A DNA stretch of 64,000 bases from positions 2,080,880-2,144,879 of the forward strand of contig CM074810.1 in assembly GCA_037447605.1 (NCBI GenBank), given 5' to 3'. This DNA comes from Zygnema circumcarinatum SAG 698-1b (taxonomy: Eukaryota > Plantae > Zygnematophyceae). The translations under genes were made by a program, and so were the position numbers. The notes beneath the pieces are model-generated. The model searched no databases, had not been told where the DNA came from, and saw nothing but the letters and a program-made list of their open reading frames with translations. Positions 61,011 through 64,000 of the stretch are shown here, piece by piece. Position 1 is the stretch's first letter; each line of letters starts with the position of its first letter.

Positions 61011-61639
61011 TGTGTGTTAGTGTTAGTGTATGATAGTTAGACATTACATTGGACACACTAACTTGTTGTGGTACTCAGTTGTTGAACATGAGATCTGCTA
61101 GGCGTAGTGCTTCTAGATTTAGTGATGTCGGTGTTTTGACTTAGGGCGGCGCGCCGCTGAAAGCGGAGTTCAAACGAGCGCGATGATTGGTCGCTACGAC
61201 GCTGAAAAGGGCCGCACGGACGCTGCTATACTTGATTTCCACGCGCTGGGCGCAAAACGGAGTTTAAAGTTGGCGTTTAAACGGCTATTGGGAGATACTT
61301 TGGCGCGACCCACGCGCCACGGACCACTCGCTGCGATGTGGGTCCGTTCGTATGTGTACGGGTCATGTTTGCTGGCTTAAGATCGCTAAGGGAAGGTCAA
61401 GGAACGGTTGAACTGCATTTGACGATCAGCATTTGACAGACAAGAAATCCAGGCTGGGTCGGTGTCGCCGCAGTTTCCATGGCAGGCCACCTCCGTCGCT
61501 ATTCCCCTGGAGTGCGCCCACCGCAAACTCCTCGTGCATGTGGGGTCGTGTACGCAGGCGTGACGTGACATGTGTGTCACGTCACGGGCGCCATATTATA
61601 TAGTGCATAGTTTTACTATGGGAAAATAACCATACTAGT

Positions 61640-62645
61640 TCTCGCTCTTATTCTCAAAGCCCCGCCAGGTCGGGCCGCCAGTCAGCTTCTCACTTGTGTC
61701 GTGGAGGTATGAGCAAGCAGGGACTTTACCTTGTAAGCAGTGGGAGAACTTCATGTGGGTGGACATCTTATTATAAAGGAGTTTTAGAGTCGTGAGCTTC
61801 TCTTCTCCCCTACACTTCTCTCGACTGATTCTCACGGTGGCTTATCTCCGGTGTTCATTCTCATGGGAGTTATGGGCTTATGAGTGAATTGAGATAGAGC
61901 CTGAGAGCGTAAGAGTGGGAATGTCTACACGGTGGGAACACGAAGTTCCTCGTGGAGGGTGACAGGTGCTGCTCTGAGCAAATGGGGATCAGTCCCCCAC
62001 GCCACCAAGTGGTATCAGAGCCCATGGTGGCGAGGTGGACCACGTGAAGTTCAGCATCCCAGCGTTCGACGGCCAGGACTACAAGGGGTGGAGATGGCGG
62101 CTGGTCCCCTTGCTCGTGGGCAAGGGGTTACTCGCTACGCTTGACGGGCATTCATCAAGGCACCGGTGTCGCCCGGGAGGGAGCCACGGCGATAAAGAGT
62201 CGGAGTTCACACGGCCGCCGCATGGATGGTTGGCGATAACAAGGCCCTTACCCGCATCGCCATGAGTGTGAGGGGAAGTCCCTCGTCTATGCTGTATGAT
62301 CTCAGGACCTCACATGCTATGTGGAGGTGCTTAGAAGAGATGTATGATGTAAAGGATAACGTGACGATTGTCAGCCTTACACGCTAGCCTAGGAAAGATG
62401 ACGAACCTCGCATGAGAAACCATAGGGAATATGGTCAGATTTGACACTCTAATGGAGAGGTTCATGCCTTAAACCGCTAGAGGGGGACCATAAGATCAGC
62501 CAGCTTCTGGGACCTACCGTCGGTTTGATGTGGCAGCGCGCTCTTAGACAAGTATCAACGAACTCCATGATGACCCTTGAGCAAGTGAAGCGGCGATCAA
62601 GGAGGAGGATACAGTCCAAGACGCTATGCGACCGGAGAGGTGCCG
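61640..62645 (+). mobile_element. 5' fragment of a third Copia element (LTR start uncertain), PBS and degenerate gag, ending at an assembly gap
   Basis: ...CACCA-AG-TGGTATCAGAGC (PBS 62010-62021), followed by the Copia gag N-terminus SIPAFDGQDYKGWRWRLVPLLVGKGLLATLDG. Confidence 0.75.
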
Positions 62646-62745
62646 NNNNNNNNNNNNNNNNNNNNNNNNNNNNNNNNNNNNNNNNNNNNNNNNNNNNNNN
62701 NNNNNNNNNNNNNNNNNNNNNNNNNNNNNNNNNNNNNNNNNNNNN
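62646..62745. other. Assembly gap (100 N); 10-N gaps also occur at 4671-4680 and 57568-57577
   Basis: Runs of N in the sequence; continuity across them is not guaranteed. Confidence 1.
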
Positions 62746-64000
62746 ACTTCTAGTGTTGATCATAATGTCACCTTTGGAAGTGCTTTAAAGTATTTATTTA
62801 TATCACAACCTCAAAATATTATTATTTTTTTTAAGGCTTTGTGTTTCAGTTGTATGAAGGACACCGAATTTTTTCAAGTACTAAAAAATATTCACGGATG
62901 GCAAAAAATATATAAACCTATATATGTCTCACCTTCGCAGCTGCTTACTAGGGCTGCGGTGTTATAGCCTTCCGCTCCTAGTTTTTTTCGTTTAGTCCTT
63001 ACGTCCTTTGAGACCAATCCCTCGTGGTTCCCCGTGATAGTTTTGTCCATGTACATATGATGGCATCGCCATCGTGAGATCAATGCCACATCATTCTCTC
63101 GTTATGGTTTAGGTTATCCGTGTATTCCGCATGCATGCATGGCATAGCGTGGGATACATCACGGCCCCATAATGCATACATGGCCAAGCATCACCTGGAT
63201 ACCCGAGAAGAACATTCCATCATGCATTTGGAGTTTGCAGTCATCTTCACTCCTGAAATTATTTCCCAAAAGAAGCCCAACATTCGAAATTCTGTAGAGC
63301 CCGAGTCCCATAAGAAGACTGCCCAAGCACAAGGAAAAGAGGAGAGAGAGGTGTAGAGATGGCGAAATAGCAGAAAAGGAAAGCGAGAGGAGGGGGGGGG
63401 GGGGATTAGGAGAGGGGAGAGCGAGGGAGGAAGGGAGAGGAAGAGAGGGAGAACGAGAGACACCAGATAGGAGAGGGATAGTGAGGAAGTATGTGAGAGG
63501 GAGACAGAGGGAAGAGAGCGAGGGGGAGGAAACGAGGGAGGGATGGGGAGTGAGGGCGAGAGAGAGAGAAGAGTCCCAACTACCTCCCTCCCCCCCCCTG
63601 CGGCCACTGATATATATCTGAAATTGTAAGTTGCTCCACATTCAAAGGCGCCGCGGCTCGATCGGAGCCGGCCCGCGCGGAAACGGACGGCGGCGATTCG
63701 CCGATGGACAGTGGGCGGACGCTCCGCCGTCGGATGCTCTCGCCAGCTGCGGGCCGCTCCATGTGACTCGCTCCGTTATTCTGCACGGCAGTTTCGCAGT
63801 CGAGCACGGCACTCGCACATGTGAGTCGATCCCGCCGGATTGCGCGGGTTCCAGTGAGCAATCCATCGATCGCCACGTGCCGGTCCCATTCTGACGCTTG
63901 AGGGACGCCGCAACCGCCTCAGGACACGCCCCACATCGCTCGGCGGCCAATCACAGGACGAGGCCGAATGGCTCGCGCAGGTGACGGCGCCGATATTTGT

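Noticed and set aside
1-64000. CRISPR arrays, rRNA, snRNA, 7SL and telomerase RNA
   Set aside because: No constant-repeat/unique-spacer array and no recognisable sequence for these RNAs. The TCCCACAT USE-like hits (about 11823 and 28379) lie in introns without a supporting TATA or transcript.

Overview
Eukaryotic, intron-rich genomic DNA with plant-type genes, probably from a streptophyte (charophyte) alga; the organism is inferred, not shown. Bases 1-52 kb are gene-rich and hold: the 3' exons of an unidentified gene, a GRAM-domain GEM-like gene (-), an intronless SYP1-type syntaxin (+), an 18-exon gene (-) for a ~3,280-aa membrane protein, NOC4 (-) head-to-head with a Xaa-Pro aminopeptidase (+), tRNA-Glu(CTC), and a 3xEGF single-pass membrane protein (-) head-to-head with kanadaptin (+). 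The ~3,280-aa protein comprises a signal peptide, a ~2,100-aa Ser/Pro extensin-like stalk, Ig-like beta domains and a multi-pass membrane domain, with one +1 frameshift in the repeat exon. Intergenic DNA carries two small TIR elements, dispersed repeats and a head-to-head (TTTTTAGGG)/(CCCTAAAAA) telomere-like tract. From 52 kb there is a GCCT-core satellite, then a nested island of degenerate Copia and Gypsy elements; one LTR contains 124 perfect copies of TCTTCTC. All gene models were spliced by hand using GT-AG sites and frame continuity. Family assignments are recalled sequence similarity, not database searches.
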